This document shows, one piece after another, positions 50,028 through 63,471 of a stretch of DNA of 64,000 nt (within the stretch, counting starts at the first letter, position 1; the number at the start of each line of letters is the position of its first letter). Below the pieces are notes generated by a model. It saw nothing but the letters and a program-made list of their open reading frames with translations, searched no databases and was not told the DNA's origin. The position numbers and the translations under genes were made by a program. The DNA comes from Lytechinus pictus (taxonomy: Eukaryota): contig NC_087251.1 in the NCBI RefSeq assembly GCF_037042905.1, positions 24,926,001 to 24,990,000 on the forward strand, written 5' to 3'.

Positions 50028-50627
50028 AGGTCAAGTCCACCCCAGGAAATTGTTGATTTGAATTGATAGAGAAAAATCAAACAAGCATAACGCTGAAAAT
50101 TTCATCCAAATCGGATCATGTAAAATAAGAAAGTTATGACATTTTTAAATTTTGCTTATTTTTCACAAAACAGTTCAATGCACAACTCAGCGATATGCAA
50201 ATGAGAGAGTCGATGATGTCCATCACTCACTATTTCTTTTGTTTTTTATTGTTTGGATATAATACAATATCAATTTTTACAGATGTGACAATAAGGACCA
50301 ACTTAACTTAACCATAAACTGTTAAAATAATGGTAATTCCACATGTTTGGGAGAAATAAAACTTTGTTTCACTTGATAAGGAGGAGAAAATTAGAATATT
50401 TCATATAATAAAATACAAAAGAAATAGTGAGTGGGTGACGTCATCAGTCTGCCAATTTGCATACCAACCAGGATGTGCATATAACTGTTTTGTGAAATTA
50501 AGCGAAAATTTAAAATGTCATAACTTTCTCATTTTACATCCGATTTTGATGAAATTTTCAGTGTTTTCCTTTTTGGATTTTTCTCAGTTTTTTTCAAATC
50601 AACTTTTTGTTGGGGTGGACTTGTCCT
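50028..50627. mobile_element. Kolobok-like MITE family B
   Basis: TTAA|aggtcaagtccacccc ... ggggtggacttgtcct|TTAA, with long imperfect arms. Confidence 0.85.
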
Positions 50628-51004
50628 TTAAGTGCCATACAAAAGTAAAAGAAGAGAAACTCTTTGATTTGATTTGATTTTAATTTATTTCTGCATTCAC
50701 ATCAGAGATATACAATATATACAGATTTAACAAATATATAACAAATATTAACAATACTGTGGTCGTAAAATAAGCAATAAAATTAAATGACATAATATAT
50801 ATTGTTCATTAATTTTAACGAAATTATAATTTAAAGGAATGCAGGAGACCGCCATCGTGAGCGATTAGGCTTGATAACGATGGCCGCCTCATAATATAAG
50901 AAAGTAAGTATGACAAGAGAGTGCTTGATTGTGGAACACATTACTAGTATTTTCAATCTAAAAAATAAAGAATTTACCACTTGGTTGTCAAAATGCACTG
51001 GTAC

Positions 51005-51335
51005 CCCACTCCTCGCGTTTACTACGGAGACAACGTATACCAATTCCTTTGAAAATGCAAGTGAAATCACAATGGAGAGCTGCATGAGAGGCTTTTGCCG
51101 ACAGTTGGTGGGCGGCCGGGATAGCATCGGAATCTCTTGACAAATATGACAACGACATATTTGCAATTGTTCGTCTGGTGCAAATCTTTGGATGATCTGC
51201 TTCTCCCAGTCCACCAACTTTCGACACTAAGCCTCTTTAGCTCTCCATTGTGATTTGACTTGCATTTTGAAAGAAATTGGTGCGTTGTAGAGAGTTTCTC
51301 TTTAGTAAATGCGAAAACTCCAAAAGGACAGTGAG
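51005..51335. repeat. Diverged inverted repeat (probable old MITE)
   Basis: aaaatgcaagtgaaatcacaatggagagct (about 51053-51081) pairs with agctctccattgtgatttgacttgcatttt (about 51239-51268). Confidence 0.7.
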
Positions 51336-52856
51336 TTTTGATATTGTTCTCACCCTCCATAATTATCTTACATGGTTATTTTCATTTGATTTCATTCTCG
51401 ATTCAAGAAAAAGAAAAAGAAACCATTAATAACATTCAGCCAAATCGGATCGATATAGTTGAATTTAACATGTTTGAGGGAAAATACTGCATGTAGAACA
51501 TAGTGTGCCGCAGTGTGTTCACAGTGTGGAATTCACAGTGTCGAACACAATGTGAAATCACATTCACGCTGTTAAATTTGAGCATTTCAACAGTGTGAAT
51601 AATATTTTCACATAGTCCACTATTATGTGAACACACTGTGACCACACTGCGTGACACTGTGTTCTTTCTAGCAGGGTATTAGTTGAAAATACTTTAAATA
51701 AAATTGTATATTGAAAATGTATTTGAAATTCAGTAAAAAGAATTACTCAAGAAAGAGATAGTGGTCTAACCAAAAACTCATTAATATACACCAAACACAT
51801 TTTATTAAAAAAATATTTCATGGAGCAATATTAGCCATTTTTAAGAGTTTGCAATAATTACTGAAACTAAAAGCGAATAAGCAATTATAATTTCGAGGGG
51901 GGATTACATTTTTGTGCATATGAACTCTGTTATAGAGACACATTGTGATTCTTTTGACATCGTAAATTTCCAGGGTTTCATTTTTAGATTTCACAATTAC
52001 CAAATACGTGTTTATTTGATATATATGGTAAGAGTGGAATCTCATCTTTGATATGAGACCAACATCTTAGCAAATCGTTCACGGTTGGCAGATTACAAGC
52101 AATAAATATTGAGGTATGTCAGAAGTGTTTTGCGCAGAAACTTACGTGTGAATCTGAATCCACTCTCATATCAGGGATCAGAGAACCAAAATAATTTTTT
52201 AAAAATGCCAATGAGCCAATCGTTGAATAAGCACGGTCGCCTACCACTAACCATGGACCTATGAAGAGATGGACATTCATCGCTTAGATAATGAATTCAC
52301 TAACAGGTGACTGTAATTGTCATCTGAATAACATTCTCTTCATACTAGTCTTCTTTGGTCCTATGATCGTCATCGTGAGAAAGGACTGAAGCAGTTCGTG
52401 ATTGGACATTTATATTTCACAAATTATATGTGCAGTTGATAACATATCAACGAAATAATGGAAAATCAATGTGCAGTTTTTGTTTACCTTTGGTAATCTT
52501 AGTTCCATGTGTTTTATTTGGGGAAATGTCTGCATATTTTAATAAAGAGGCAATATTGTGAATGATTGTTTACCATTTAAAATTCAATTTTCCCAAGTTT
52601 CTCCATATTAACATTCCAGATATACGTGGCACATAACATGCATAGATCGTGTATCTCTCAATGTTTTTGAGGTTCTTATGTGTGAGCGGTAGTTAGCGGA
52701 TCGAATAATATCATATTTTTAATGATATAAATCGTTTGCTTCTCAAGTTTGCTGCTCCATATAATTATGAAGCATGTTGACTGAAAGGCACATGCTGAAA
52801 CAGGGTATCAGCCAACAAAAATCAAGACCGGGAAACTGTTCCGTCTTTGAGTGATC

Positions 52857-53016
52857 GGGGGAGTGTTTCATCAACATTTTTGTCCGACAAGTTGTCAGAT
52901 CTGACAACTTTCTTTGACTTTGATTGGCTGAGAAGCATTGTTGCTATGGTTACTGTCGGATAAAACAGGACTTGTCAGATAAAACGTCCGACAAGTCCTT
53001 TCATGAAACGCTCCCC
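52857..53016. mobile_element. PIF/Harbinger-like MITE
   Basis: ggggagtgtttcat ... atgaaacgctcccc TIRs. Confidence 0.65.
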
Positions 53017-53149
53017 TGATACCCATGGTAGTCATGGTAATTGCTATTGTTACAACACCTGTATGTTCTCATTAAGATGCGCATAACCAGGTGATGGTGA
53101 CTATCATTGGATCAAAGAAATGCTCGCGTTAATCGTACATCCATGCATG

Positions 53150-53371
53150 CACTAACCAATCTTGTTCAACTTTTCTGCGCAACCTGATTTTGACATTAAA
53201 ATTTCAAACTCGTCTTGCTCATTAATGCGTGAAGTGTTCGTCACATAATTGGTATCAAAATATAGAGAAATAATCGCATTGTATGATGATGTAAATGGAA
53301 TATCATAATTCATTTTCATTTGAAGAAAAAAGACATTGGAATTCAGGTTTCCCCTTTTCTGGGACGCACTG
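53150..53371 (+). mobile_element. Right arm of a related Tc1-type MITE
   Basis: Ends ttttctgggacgcactg|TA. Confidence 0.6.
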
Positions 53372-54055
53372 TATAGTGGTTTATAAAATGAAAGATATAT
53401 ATGGGAAAATAAAATTGGATCCAGAGAATATGCAATCATGTAGGAGATTATTATATTTACTACCTGAGGTAAAAATTTGCCGCAGTGTGTTGTAAATAAT
53501 AAAACGATCATGCCCGAGTGCATGAATAATTTCATCCGGTATTAATTTTTCATATCAAATCCTATTTGAAGAATGTTACGACGTGAGCTCGTAATACATA
53601 ATCATGTTTTTATATCCTTATTTGTGTGTTATAGTTTAAGCTTTTAATTTTATTTCAACATGTTCAAGTAGGCCTTCTTGCGAAGCAGATATCGTTTATG
53701 ACCCAAAGTCAATTAGGATTTCAAAAGATAGAATTTCATCCGGGCACTTCTGGCACTATTTATGAACAATTATACATAATCGAAACTCAAACACAGTCTA
53801 TAATATTCAGTAGTAATTGGCTATATTATTTTTCAAGTAATAAGACAAATGATGTCATTAACTACATAATATTGGAATATTGCTTTTCCTTTCAGTTTAT
53901 GATTCTTGTAATTTATTGGTGAATTTGGTTCCCATAAAATTCGTTGATGATGAAAATCATGTTTGGTTAAAATGTGTATCATGATAAATAATAAACATGA
54001 TAGCACGGTGAATAATAGTAATCGTATAGGCAGATAGGCATACAGCTTTACATTC

Positions 54056-54433
54056 CAACTCGTCCACTCACAACATGGTCTACTTTCATTTAGTCTAATG
54101 CCATTCCGTCCATCAACATTTCGTTTAACAACCATTTACCATTAATTTTGGTCCAATTATCGCTTCGTCTAATCACCATTTCGTCTCATAACCAGTTGGT
54201 CTAATATCCATTTCATTTTCATTCATTTTGCACAATTTAACACTAGTCTTAGTCCAGTTAGACCAAATGGTATATGGACCAAATGGCTATTGGACCAACT
54301 TGTTATTAGACGGAATGGCATTAGACTAAATGAAAGTAGACCCTGTGGTGAGTGGACGAACTGATGGTAGACCAAATGATAGTAGACGAGTTGGCAATTG
54401 GACGAATTTGCATTAGACAAATTGGAAATAAAC
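54056..54433. mobile_element. Foldback/minisatellite-type element (about 17-bp units), copy 1
   Basis: Repeats of gtcca/gtcta, then inverted tagac/tggac units; flanked by ttacattc on both sides; reverse-complement copy at 62811-63209. Confidence 0.7.
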
Positions 54434-54490
54434 CTTACATTCGATGTGTTTATAGCAAAATTGCCCGTGAGCAAGGCAAATAAAATACCA

Positions 54491-54663
54491 GGGGGCCGTT
54501 TCATAAAGCTGTTCGTAAGTTAAGAGCGACTGTAAGAACGACTGGTGATCCTTTCTTACGCGCTAAACCATCGCCTATGGTGTATACCATTTACCAAAAG
54601 AAAGGATCACCAGTCGTTCTTAAAGTCGCTCTTAACTTACGAACAGCTTTATGAAACCCACCC
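54491..54663. mobile_element. PIF/Harbinger-like hairpin MITE (intact, empty copy)
   Basis: About 65-bp arms: gtttcataaagctgttcgtaagttaagagcgac...gtcgctcttaacttacgaacagctttatgaaac. Confidence 0.85.
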
Positions 54664-55767
54664 ACCAGTGCTCTTTTATCCTGCGTTCAAATAAATGGAA
54701 ATGCTATATACATTATTTTTAAGTAGGTGTGCACTTTTCCCTAATATTTCATGGTCCTACGTGTGACCGTTTTGAATAATTCGTTTGATTGATCTGATTT
54801 AAATTCATTTTTTTTTCAAATCCTGTTTTCAATTACAATTCATAATAAGATAAACAAATTATAATTATGATTCATAGTAATGCGTATATGATAAACAAAG
54901 AATAGTTGGATTACAATATAAAATTGAAAAAGTGTACATCAAATGTTTAGAAAAAATAACAAGTATTCAATGACTAAGTAGGCCTACAATAAACTTCAAA
55001 TAATTGATTCATTGCTGACTCTTCTTCTGTATTGATGTGATGCATGGATATTTCATATCTGTAAAATATTTTACAAGACAGGCAGTGTATGAGAGCATGA
55101 AACATATACCCATTGTTGAAGATGAATAAAGTAGGATGTTAATGATGGTGATTGTATTGCGCTCTGATGTGTGGCCTTGTTGCATAATAAAATAAGCATA
55201 ACTAGATATGCGATGTGAAATGATTATACTGGCACGCCCTTGGCACGTATACCCATACATATCAATATTATATCAGTAAGACTGTAACAGTGTTTAAAGA
55301 TAATAAGAGGATGAATCTAGATAATATTATATCCCTCTTATGAATATTCATGAGTATTCTAGATAAACGATTGGTCAATGTGACAAAGTATAATTTTAAT
55401 AGGAAAGCACGTCGCCGCAAATAGCTCGGTATAGTTTTCTTCGAGCTCCATATATTTTTTGATATACTTTCATGGGGAGAACTGCGCTTGCTCATGCTCG
55501 ATAATCCGGACCTTTCGTTTGAGGACGCGCACGCTTATTTACGACGTTAGTTGATTTTGGAAGAGACTTTTTGGGCCCGTCATCATGGTCGTCCTGCAAT
55601 GCAAATTGTGTGACATGAGATTTTTTTTCGTTTCGCATCTGCGACGGAAACATTCAATATGCGTTTCGTGTGCAAAATCTTGGTTGCTACTATGGTAACA
55701 GCGATATATCTCATTGAGGACGACTTTCCAAAGCCACATTTGACTCCTACTAGAGCTCGAGAGGCCG

Positions 55768-56067
55768 CCCGGGGGGCCCACTTCCATTGATTAGTGGATA
55801 CCAGGAGCGACCACGCGTAAAAGGGGACAGAGTGGGCAGGTACGTTACGTATAGGCCTATGTAACGTTATAAGGGTGTCAAAACGATGTTTAAAATGCTG
55901 ACAAAAAAGGGATATCCAATACTTGTAGGGTTTCACAAGCCAAATTCTTGTTAAGAGATGCATTTTCATAATCTGGAAAAGAATTACTTCCCAGCTTGTT
56001 TAGGGTATTTTTCGAAACCCCATGGTCGTGCCTGGTATCCACTCATTAATGGAAGTGGTCCCCCCGG
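55768..56067. mobile_element. GC-rich-TIR MITE related to 41023-41574
   Basis: ccggggggcccacttccattgattagtggataccagg / cctggtatccactcattaatggaagtggtccccccgg. Confidence 0.8.
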
Positions 56068-57140
56068 AATTTGAATCTAATCCCCATTTCTGGGGGAAGT
56101 AAAACATAATGCCCATTACATCGTGTGCGAGAGGCATATCGTTTGTGTAGAAGGAATAAACAAAAGAAACAAAAGAAACAAAAAGAAACGAGTTCAAATG
56201 TATTACATAATGGTGTGCACATATCAACTCACGCGAAATGTTCGGCTGGAGAGGTTGATCTGACCCATGAAATCAATTGCCAGTGATACACCAATAATCC
56301 ACATTAAATGTAATATCGATTCGATGGACTGTAATGATCTATATCTAAGCCTTCATTCAGTAAGTTTTTCCTCACTCAATATTTACTCGATTTGTTTGAA
56401 AAACCACTTTCTTATCCATGTCATAATCTATTTTAGGTCTTCATTTCGAATATCTCAAACCATCAGTCGTAATATACATGCTATGTATGGTGCGAGTGTC
56501 GCAGAAAAGGATTTTGCACACGAAAAGCAGATCTGTAGGGCCTGTAACCCCCCTGTAACACAAAGTTTAGCATTGATTGTAGAGCAGTTTTCTACGTTTG
56601 ATTCTATTGACTATAATGCACATTCAATCTTAAAAATCAAGTGTATGATTAAGCGTTAACTTTTGTGTTAGGGGACCCTAATATTAGCGTCCGTGAGGAT
56701 TGCGAAAGGTCCCAATATGTTCTCTCAACGTTGAAGTGCGCATGCATGCTCCCTGATTTGTCCGGATCCAGATCCGTACCCGATATCTGCAAAATAAATA
56801 ACTGAAATAAAATACAAGCTATCTCGCTCAAATTAGTTACCGACAATCTAAAAAAAAAGACAGTGTGGAATTTGGGTCTAGATTATCATGCAGAAAATTT
56901 AATTCCATGACGGCCATTCATAGAAGACACTTGAATTATGAATAAGCAGCTTAGGCTACCTAACAAGGTGAGTCAAGATCCGATAACTGCAGTCGGGAAG
57001 AAGCCGCGCGCAGCCTACCCAGGAACTGGTTAGCATTTAATAGCTCGACAGGGCTAGGACTATAGGTCCGTTAGAATTGTCTAAAATTGGTTTACACATC
57101 AGCAAGGACAAGGTATACAAGTTCAAGAGGAATATGAAAT

Positions 57141-57318
57141 AAATATATCAGGCGTTTCCTTCGAAAGCACAGTGGGAATTATTAATCCCCGTTTGGACTG
57201 GCAATATAACTATTTTCCCTCGGGGCTTCGTCCTTCGGGGGAAAATGGTAATTGCCAGCCCAACCTCGGATAAATAATTCCCACTAATTGTTATACTTTC
57301 TCAAAGCCTGATATATTT
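57141..57318. repeat. Long imperfect hairpin (palindromic repeat)
   Basis: aaatatatcaggc/gcctgatatattt, gggaattattaatcc/ggataaataattccc and ctggcaat/attgccag pair around a central cttcg. Confidence 0.75.
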
Positions 57319-58070
57319 GTATAATAACTATAGTAAGTATACATACTCCCTACTGAGCAATTCAGACAGGTACATTACTAAGGTAGCGTTAAGCGGTGAG
57401 ATATAGACATTCGCATAATTATTAGTAATCATGGTAATGTGTGTGGGGCGCTCCGTCCGATACTCTGCATGCATGGCATGTCGATATTCGGATTTGAATC
57501 CCGAATCTCGTCTGAGTTTGCAGTCTTTTGGACTTATCCACAGTTCCACGGTATCCATCAAATGTGACTCAACATAATAACATGTCACGGTATGATTGGT
57601 ATACTTTCATTATCACTGCCTAGTATTTTCCCATGAGTTTCTGAATCACCACGGAAATTACTAGTATTTAGGATCCATGCTAGTATTGCGCCACATTCAT
57701 TCCAGAGGAAAAAAATAACAGAAAGCACAACAAATTGAAAATCGGAAGTAGAACTATACCATCTAATTCTATAGAAAATACGTCAATACAGTTAAGCATC
57801 ATTTTTCTATTCTGTGCAACTATTGGTTTGGGTGCGTGAATTTTCGTTTTTGGAGCGAAGGTAAATAAAGCGGCGAATGTTAATGATTAAAAAGTGATTA
57901 ATCTGTCAATTCAAAATCAAATTCTTATTCAAAATAATTTATGGAGGGGTGGGGGTGAAACCCGGTGCACGACTTAATCCTAATCTTGGTGTTGCCAACA
58001 GTGAAGTGGGAAAAGAAGGGGCTGGGTCTGAAGAGACTATACTTTCACTCATTTTTGTTTTCACATATCA

Positions 58071-58853
58071 GGTGGGTGTTATAAAGCTGTTCATAAGTTA
58101 AAGGACAAGTCTACCCCAACAAAAAGATGATTTGAATAAAAAGAGAAAAATCCAACAAGCATACCACTGAACATTTCATCGAAATCGGATGTAAAATAAG
58201 AAAGTTATGACATTTTTTTTATAGTTTCGATTAATTTCACAAAACAGTAAAATGCACATCCAAGTCGGTATGCAAATGGGGAACTGATGACATCACTCAC
58301 TCACTATTTCTTTTGTATTTTATCATATATATGAAATATGAAATATTCTAATTTTCGCCTCATTGTCCTGTGAAACAAAGTTTTATTTCGCCCTGAACAT
58401 GCGGAATTACCATTGCTTTACCTTTTATGGTTCAGACAAGTTGGTCCTTATTTTCAAATCTGTAAAAATTGAAATATTGTATAATTCAAACAATAAAAAA
58501 CAAAAGAAATAGTGAGAGAGTGACATCATCGATTCTCTCATTTGCATGTGACTAAATTGTGCATATAACTATTCTGTGAAAAATAAGCGAAACTTCAAAA
58601 TGGCATAACTTTCTTATTTTACATCCGATTTTGATGAAATTTTCGGCATTATGCTTGTCTGATTTTTCTCTATTGATTCGAATCAACATTTTTCTGACGT
58701 GGACTTGGCCTTTAAGAGCGACTTTAATTAGAACGACTGGTGATCCTTTCTTGTTGTGAATGGTAGATTAATTGGCGATAGCGCGTAAGAAATGATCACC
58801 AGTCGTTCTTAAAGTCGCTTTTAACTTACGAACAGCTTTATGAAACGGCCCCC
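58071..58853. mobile_element. Harbinger-like hairpin MITE interrupted by a Kolobok-like family B element (58102-58711)
   Basis: Host matches 54491-54663; the insert is bounded by TTAA|aggacaagt ... acttggcct|TTAA. Confidence 0.88.
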
Positions 58854-59492
58854 AGGTTACACAACCCGAACCTTATATGCTCTCTTCTTGAAAAAAAATC
58901 GACCCTTTCTTGCCTTTTTTGTTCTCTTATCGCCTTTTCACTATTTGATAAATTATTCGGGTGGTCGTCCGTGAAGAGTGATAGCAATGGCTCCCGGTTA
59001 CGAGGGTTGGTTGATTTTGGAGTGATAAGCTATTTTGTGTGTGTGTGTGTGTGGGGGGGGGGGGAGTTTGTGATTTTAAGGGGGTTTTTTCGTGACAGCC
59101 CCCCCTTTCAGATTTTTTGGTGGGGCTAGTTAAGTGCCTTTAAGCCGGACGGGATTATTCTGAATAACTAACAAACATGTTGTGAACCCATATAAACATG
59201 ATAAAATCATGGATCCACCCTTGCCGGTATAATTTCGCAAACGGTGCCCTTCTGTTGATCATGAAAGAAATAAGAGTGTTTTCGAAAAAAAGAAACATAT
59301 TCATAAATCCTATACATGCTGTATGAGTGTTTCTTATGAGTAATGATTGTTTAATATTCTGATTGTTATAAATCATTGTTATAGAGTTATGATTATTGTT
59401 TAAAACGGGGTACCAATCATCATGGTGACTCTTCACATGCCAAACTTTCTTGTCATCGCAAAATATTCATTCACAACAATGGATGTGTGACC

Positions 59493-60083
59493 CGGTTACA
59501 CTTCGTAATTCCGAAGGTTCGTAATTCCGAAGGTTCTTTATTCCGAAGGTTCGTAATTCCGAAGGTTCGTAATTCCGAAACACGTAAATTGCCTATACCT
59601 CGATGTTCGTTAATCCGAAAACGTAAAAGGGTTCGTTAATCCGAACATTTGTGGCGTTATTCCGAAGGTTCGTTTTTCCGAAGGTTCGATAATCCGAAAA
59701 CGAAATAAGGTTCGATGTTCCGAAGGTTCGTTAATCCGAAAACGAAATAAGGTTCGTTGTTCCGAAGATTCGTTAATCCGAAAACGAAATAAGGTTCGTT
59801 GTTCCGAAGGTTCGTTAGTCCGAAAACGAAATAAGGTTCGTTAATCATTTCGTTTTCGGACTAACGAACCTTCGGAATTACGAACCTCATTTCGTTATCG
59901 GATTAACGAACCATCGGAATTACGAACCTCATTTCGTTTTCGGACTAACGAACCTTCGGAATTATGAACCTTATTTCGTTTTCGGATTAACGAACCTTCG
60001 GAATCACGAACCTTCGGAAATACGAACCTTCGGAATTACCGAACCTTCGGAATAACGAAGCTTCGGAATTACGAATGTATGCG
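59493..60083. mobile_element. Foldback element built from ccgaaggttcgt minisatellite arms
   Basis: Direct repeats of ttccgaaggttcgt up to about 59845, then inverted acgaaccttcggaa repeats; flanks gtgtgacc / gtgtggcc (8-bp TSD, 1 mismatch). Confidence 0.85.
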
Positions 60084-60568
60084 GTGTGGCCCTATCAAAA
60101 TATTTTTGTGAAGATCTATAGCATGTTCTACGTATATATGCAGTCTCGTGCGTTCGTATGTCATTAGTTTAATCGTTTCTTTATCATATGCCAAGCAGTT
60201 CTACCCATGAAATGACAGTGATAAAAAAATCTGCACCTAGAATAACTATAGTATTGTTTATCACAAATTTATCACATTCCATAATTATGATTCTACCTGC
60301 ATATCCTACCTGGCGTGTATAGTCAATGAGTAAGACATTGCAGTGATAAAGAACTACCTTGATTGTAAAACGACCAACCCCCCTGCCCCAGACTAAGGAT
60401 AATGAAACCATTGAAATCGGATAAATGAAAGGAAAAAATAAAGAAACAGATCAATGAACGTTTGAGGCAAAATGAATTAAGTATTTAAAAGGAGCATTTG
60501 AATATTGAGATCACTATTGGCATGGAGATCTCGGTCCAAGATGGATGTCACACAAAACACATTCCCGG

Positions 60569-60729
60569 TAATACCTCAGTCACATTAATTTTGCTCAAGT
60601 CGAAAATAGCCGTTTTACTCATTTTTATTCAAACCACATTATTATGTATATAGCCATTACAAAAATGTTAAAACGGTTGTTTTCGACTGGCCTTACGGCC
60701 GCCGTAGAAAAAATGTGACTGAGGTATTA
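60569..60729. mobile_element. Small MITE with 18-bp perfect IRs
   Basis: taatacctcagtcacatt / aatgtgactgaggtatta. Confidence 0.7.
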
Positions 60730-60800
60730 AATTCGTAAATTGTACAATTGTATTCTGTTATCAATTAAGTCTATCACAGAGAGTTATCATAAAGAGTTAC

Positions 60801-60909
60801 AACTGTGGTAACTTTGCCATAATGGCAACTACCATGGCAACAGGGCTCAACAGCCTATCAAAATCAAGGTCACCATGGTAGTTGCCATAATGGCAAAGTT
60901 ACAACAGTT
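60801..60909. repeat. Hairpin core of a MITE
   Basis: aactgtggtaactttgccataatggcaactaccatgg / ccatggtagttgccataatggcaaagttacaacagtt. Confidence 0.75.
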
Positions 60910-61397
60910 AGATGTTCTTTTTCATGAGAGGACATGTACAGGTTTTACCAAATAAATTTATATCTTGGAAGAATAATACTTGTCCCATCATTAGAATGAG
61001 CAAAAGGATTTGCTTTGTGGTATATTTCCAGTGTCCAAAGGGAAGAGTAATTGTTCATGTGTGACATCACTCAACTTGTTTGCATCGACAATGGGATGAT
61101 CTCCATGAAAATCATAGTGCTCAATTTTATCATGCTAATTTCCGATTGTTTGGCCAATTGTATTACTTTCGTTGATCTCATTCTCTGATTGTCCTGCTTT
61201 CACACAAAAACTTGTTCCAAGGGCTTCATTCTCCTTTGAAGGGGAAGCCCATCACAATAAAAGTTGATTCGTATAAGATGAAAATCAAACAAGCATAAAA
61301 ATATAACTGAAGAATATCATCAACATTGGGTGCAAAACCAAAAAGTTGAAATGTTTTAGAATTTCGCTTATTTTCACATGACATTAAGCACAACATG

Positions 61398-61645
61398 GAC
61401 TCTGAAAAATATTGGGTAAAATGCTCCATGAGGGTAAATATGTGTCAAACCAACATCGGGCATTTCTTTTGGGCATTTTTATTTATCCAGTGTGATGAAA
61501 ATTTTGCCCATTCTAAAGCAAGTGCTGCTTATTTTTTAACCTTACTGGACATATGTTTCCGCATTGGGTAAAATACTGCCCCTAATTGGTTGGACACATA
61601 ATTACCTCGTGGTGGTAAAAAAATTTACCCAATATTTTTACAGTG
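61398..61645. mobile_element. EnSpm/CMC-like MITE nested in a decayed Kolobok-like element
   Basis: tg|gactctgaaaaatattgggtaaa ... tttacccaatatttttacagtg|tg. Confidence 0.6.
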
Positions 61646-62581
61646 TGGATGATAGTATGCAAATAAGAGAGTTGATAATTGTAATACTCACCACTTTTTC
61701 TTCATTTTAATCCACGAATTATAGAGAATATTTCAAGGTATATGCAAAGTTGACACCAATGAAGATCTTTGTTGAATCACAATAACAAAGAATGGTAATT
61801 CAGTATGTTCAGGGCGGAATTTGTTTCACGTCATACTAAAAAAAAAATCTTTCGCAATATCATGAATATAGTGAGAGAAGAGTATAGTATAAGGGGGTGA
61901 CGTCATCGATTCCGTTATTTGCATGCAGAAAAACGATGTGAATATAACGCACTGCAATTAATTGTTTTGTGGTATAAAACGGAACTTTAATGATAATAAT
62001 GATGATTATAAAAGTAATAATGTTATTATCAAAACTAATAATGATAACAAATGCCATGTTTTGCTAATCTTATGATTTTAATGAATTTTCTCTGTTTTAT
62101 ATTCAAAGCGACAATCGAGTAGTTCAATTCAATTCAAATTTATTTCCACATCTAATTAAATAGACAAGTACAAATTCATATGCAGATAGAAATATACTAC
62201 AATAAAACATTAAAATGAAACATATTCAATTATCATAATGAGGTGGGAATTGACAAAGGCCGAAGGCCTATCAGGGTTATTCCTAAAGGTAATAAAATTT
62301 ACATAAAGTCTTTCTTAAATACATACTTAATAACTTCTTTAAGATAAAAAAGAAATACACACTTACACATGGCGTTCAGAAATATGAATATAAATAGAAT
62401 AACAATGACAGTAGTCGTAATATTAGCATGAAATGTCTATAATCATTTATTTTAAAGAGGATCGAACTATCGAATATATATATATATGTGTGTGTGAAGT
62501 TATACATGTACAACAGCTTTGGCAACTCTTTTTATTTTAAATATTGTAAAGAAATGAATGAAGAGAACAATGGTAGGCGTA

Positions 62582-62624
<43 letters not shown>

Positions 62625-62810
62625 CAAACTATATATATATATGAATTAGCCTATCTTATTCATACAGATAATTTTTTTAATGGAAAGTACTTATTTCGCT
62701 ACTTGGTAGCATAATTAGTGTGGTTTGAATGTATCGAGTGGCGAGTTAGTATATGGACCTATACTACAATATACAATTGCTTATGCTGGCCAGAATGAGT
62801 AGTTGAGGAC

Positions 62811-63209
62811 CGTTTATTTCCAATTCGTCTAATGCCAATTCGTCCAATTGCCAACTCGTCTACTATAATTTGGTCTACCATCAGTTTGTCCTCTCACGAA
62901 ATGGTCTATTTTTCATTTAGTCTTATGCCATTCCATCTAATAACAAGTTGGTCCAATAGCCATTTAGTCCAGATACCATTTGGTCTAACTGGACTAAGTG
63001 TTAAATTGTGCAAAATGAATGAAAATGAAATGGATATTAGACCAATTGGTTGTGAGACGAATGGTCATAGACGAAATGGTGGACCAAAATGGTTAATGGA
63101 CCAAAATTTGTTAGACGAAATGTTGATGGACGGAATGGCATTAGACTAAATGAAAGTAGACCATGTGGTAAGTGGACAAGTTGGCAGTGGACGAATTGAC
63201 AATTTACCG
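62811..63209. mobile_element. Foldback/minisatellite-type element, copy 2 (opposite orientation to 54056)
   Basis: cgtttatttccaattcgtc ... gacgaattgacaatttaccg; reverse-complement homology to 54056-54433. Confidence 0.75.
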
Positions 63210-63471
63210 TAATAATTACTATAAAAATGTCGATATTCATTTATTCTAAAGAGGATCGGACTAACCAACAATCTGTATGGTCTCTCATTGACTATGTGTA
63301 ATAAACAATTTTAAAATATACATTTTGATATATTACAGAGAATGAATTAGCCTATAATCTTATTCATACAGAGAAACTATTTTTTCGGAATGGAAACTAT
63401 TTGTTTTGCTACTTGTTAACATAATCAGTGTGGTTTGAATGTATCGAGTGGCGAATTAGTATAAACCTATA

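Noticed and set aside
50831..51360. Overlapping 76-128 aa ORFs on both strands
   Set aside because: No recognisable domain; the region is a diverged inverted repeat next to a LINE-like tail.
55330..55760. CpG-richer stretch with short ORFs as a possible gene or ribozyme
   Set aside because: No recognisable protein motif, splice pattern, or hammerhead/HDV core could be identified by eye.
59493..60083. Repetitive ORF NEPYFVFGLTNLRN / CRISPR-like repeats
   Set aside because: A by-product of minisatellite arms of a foldback element; no unique spacers.
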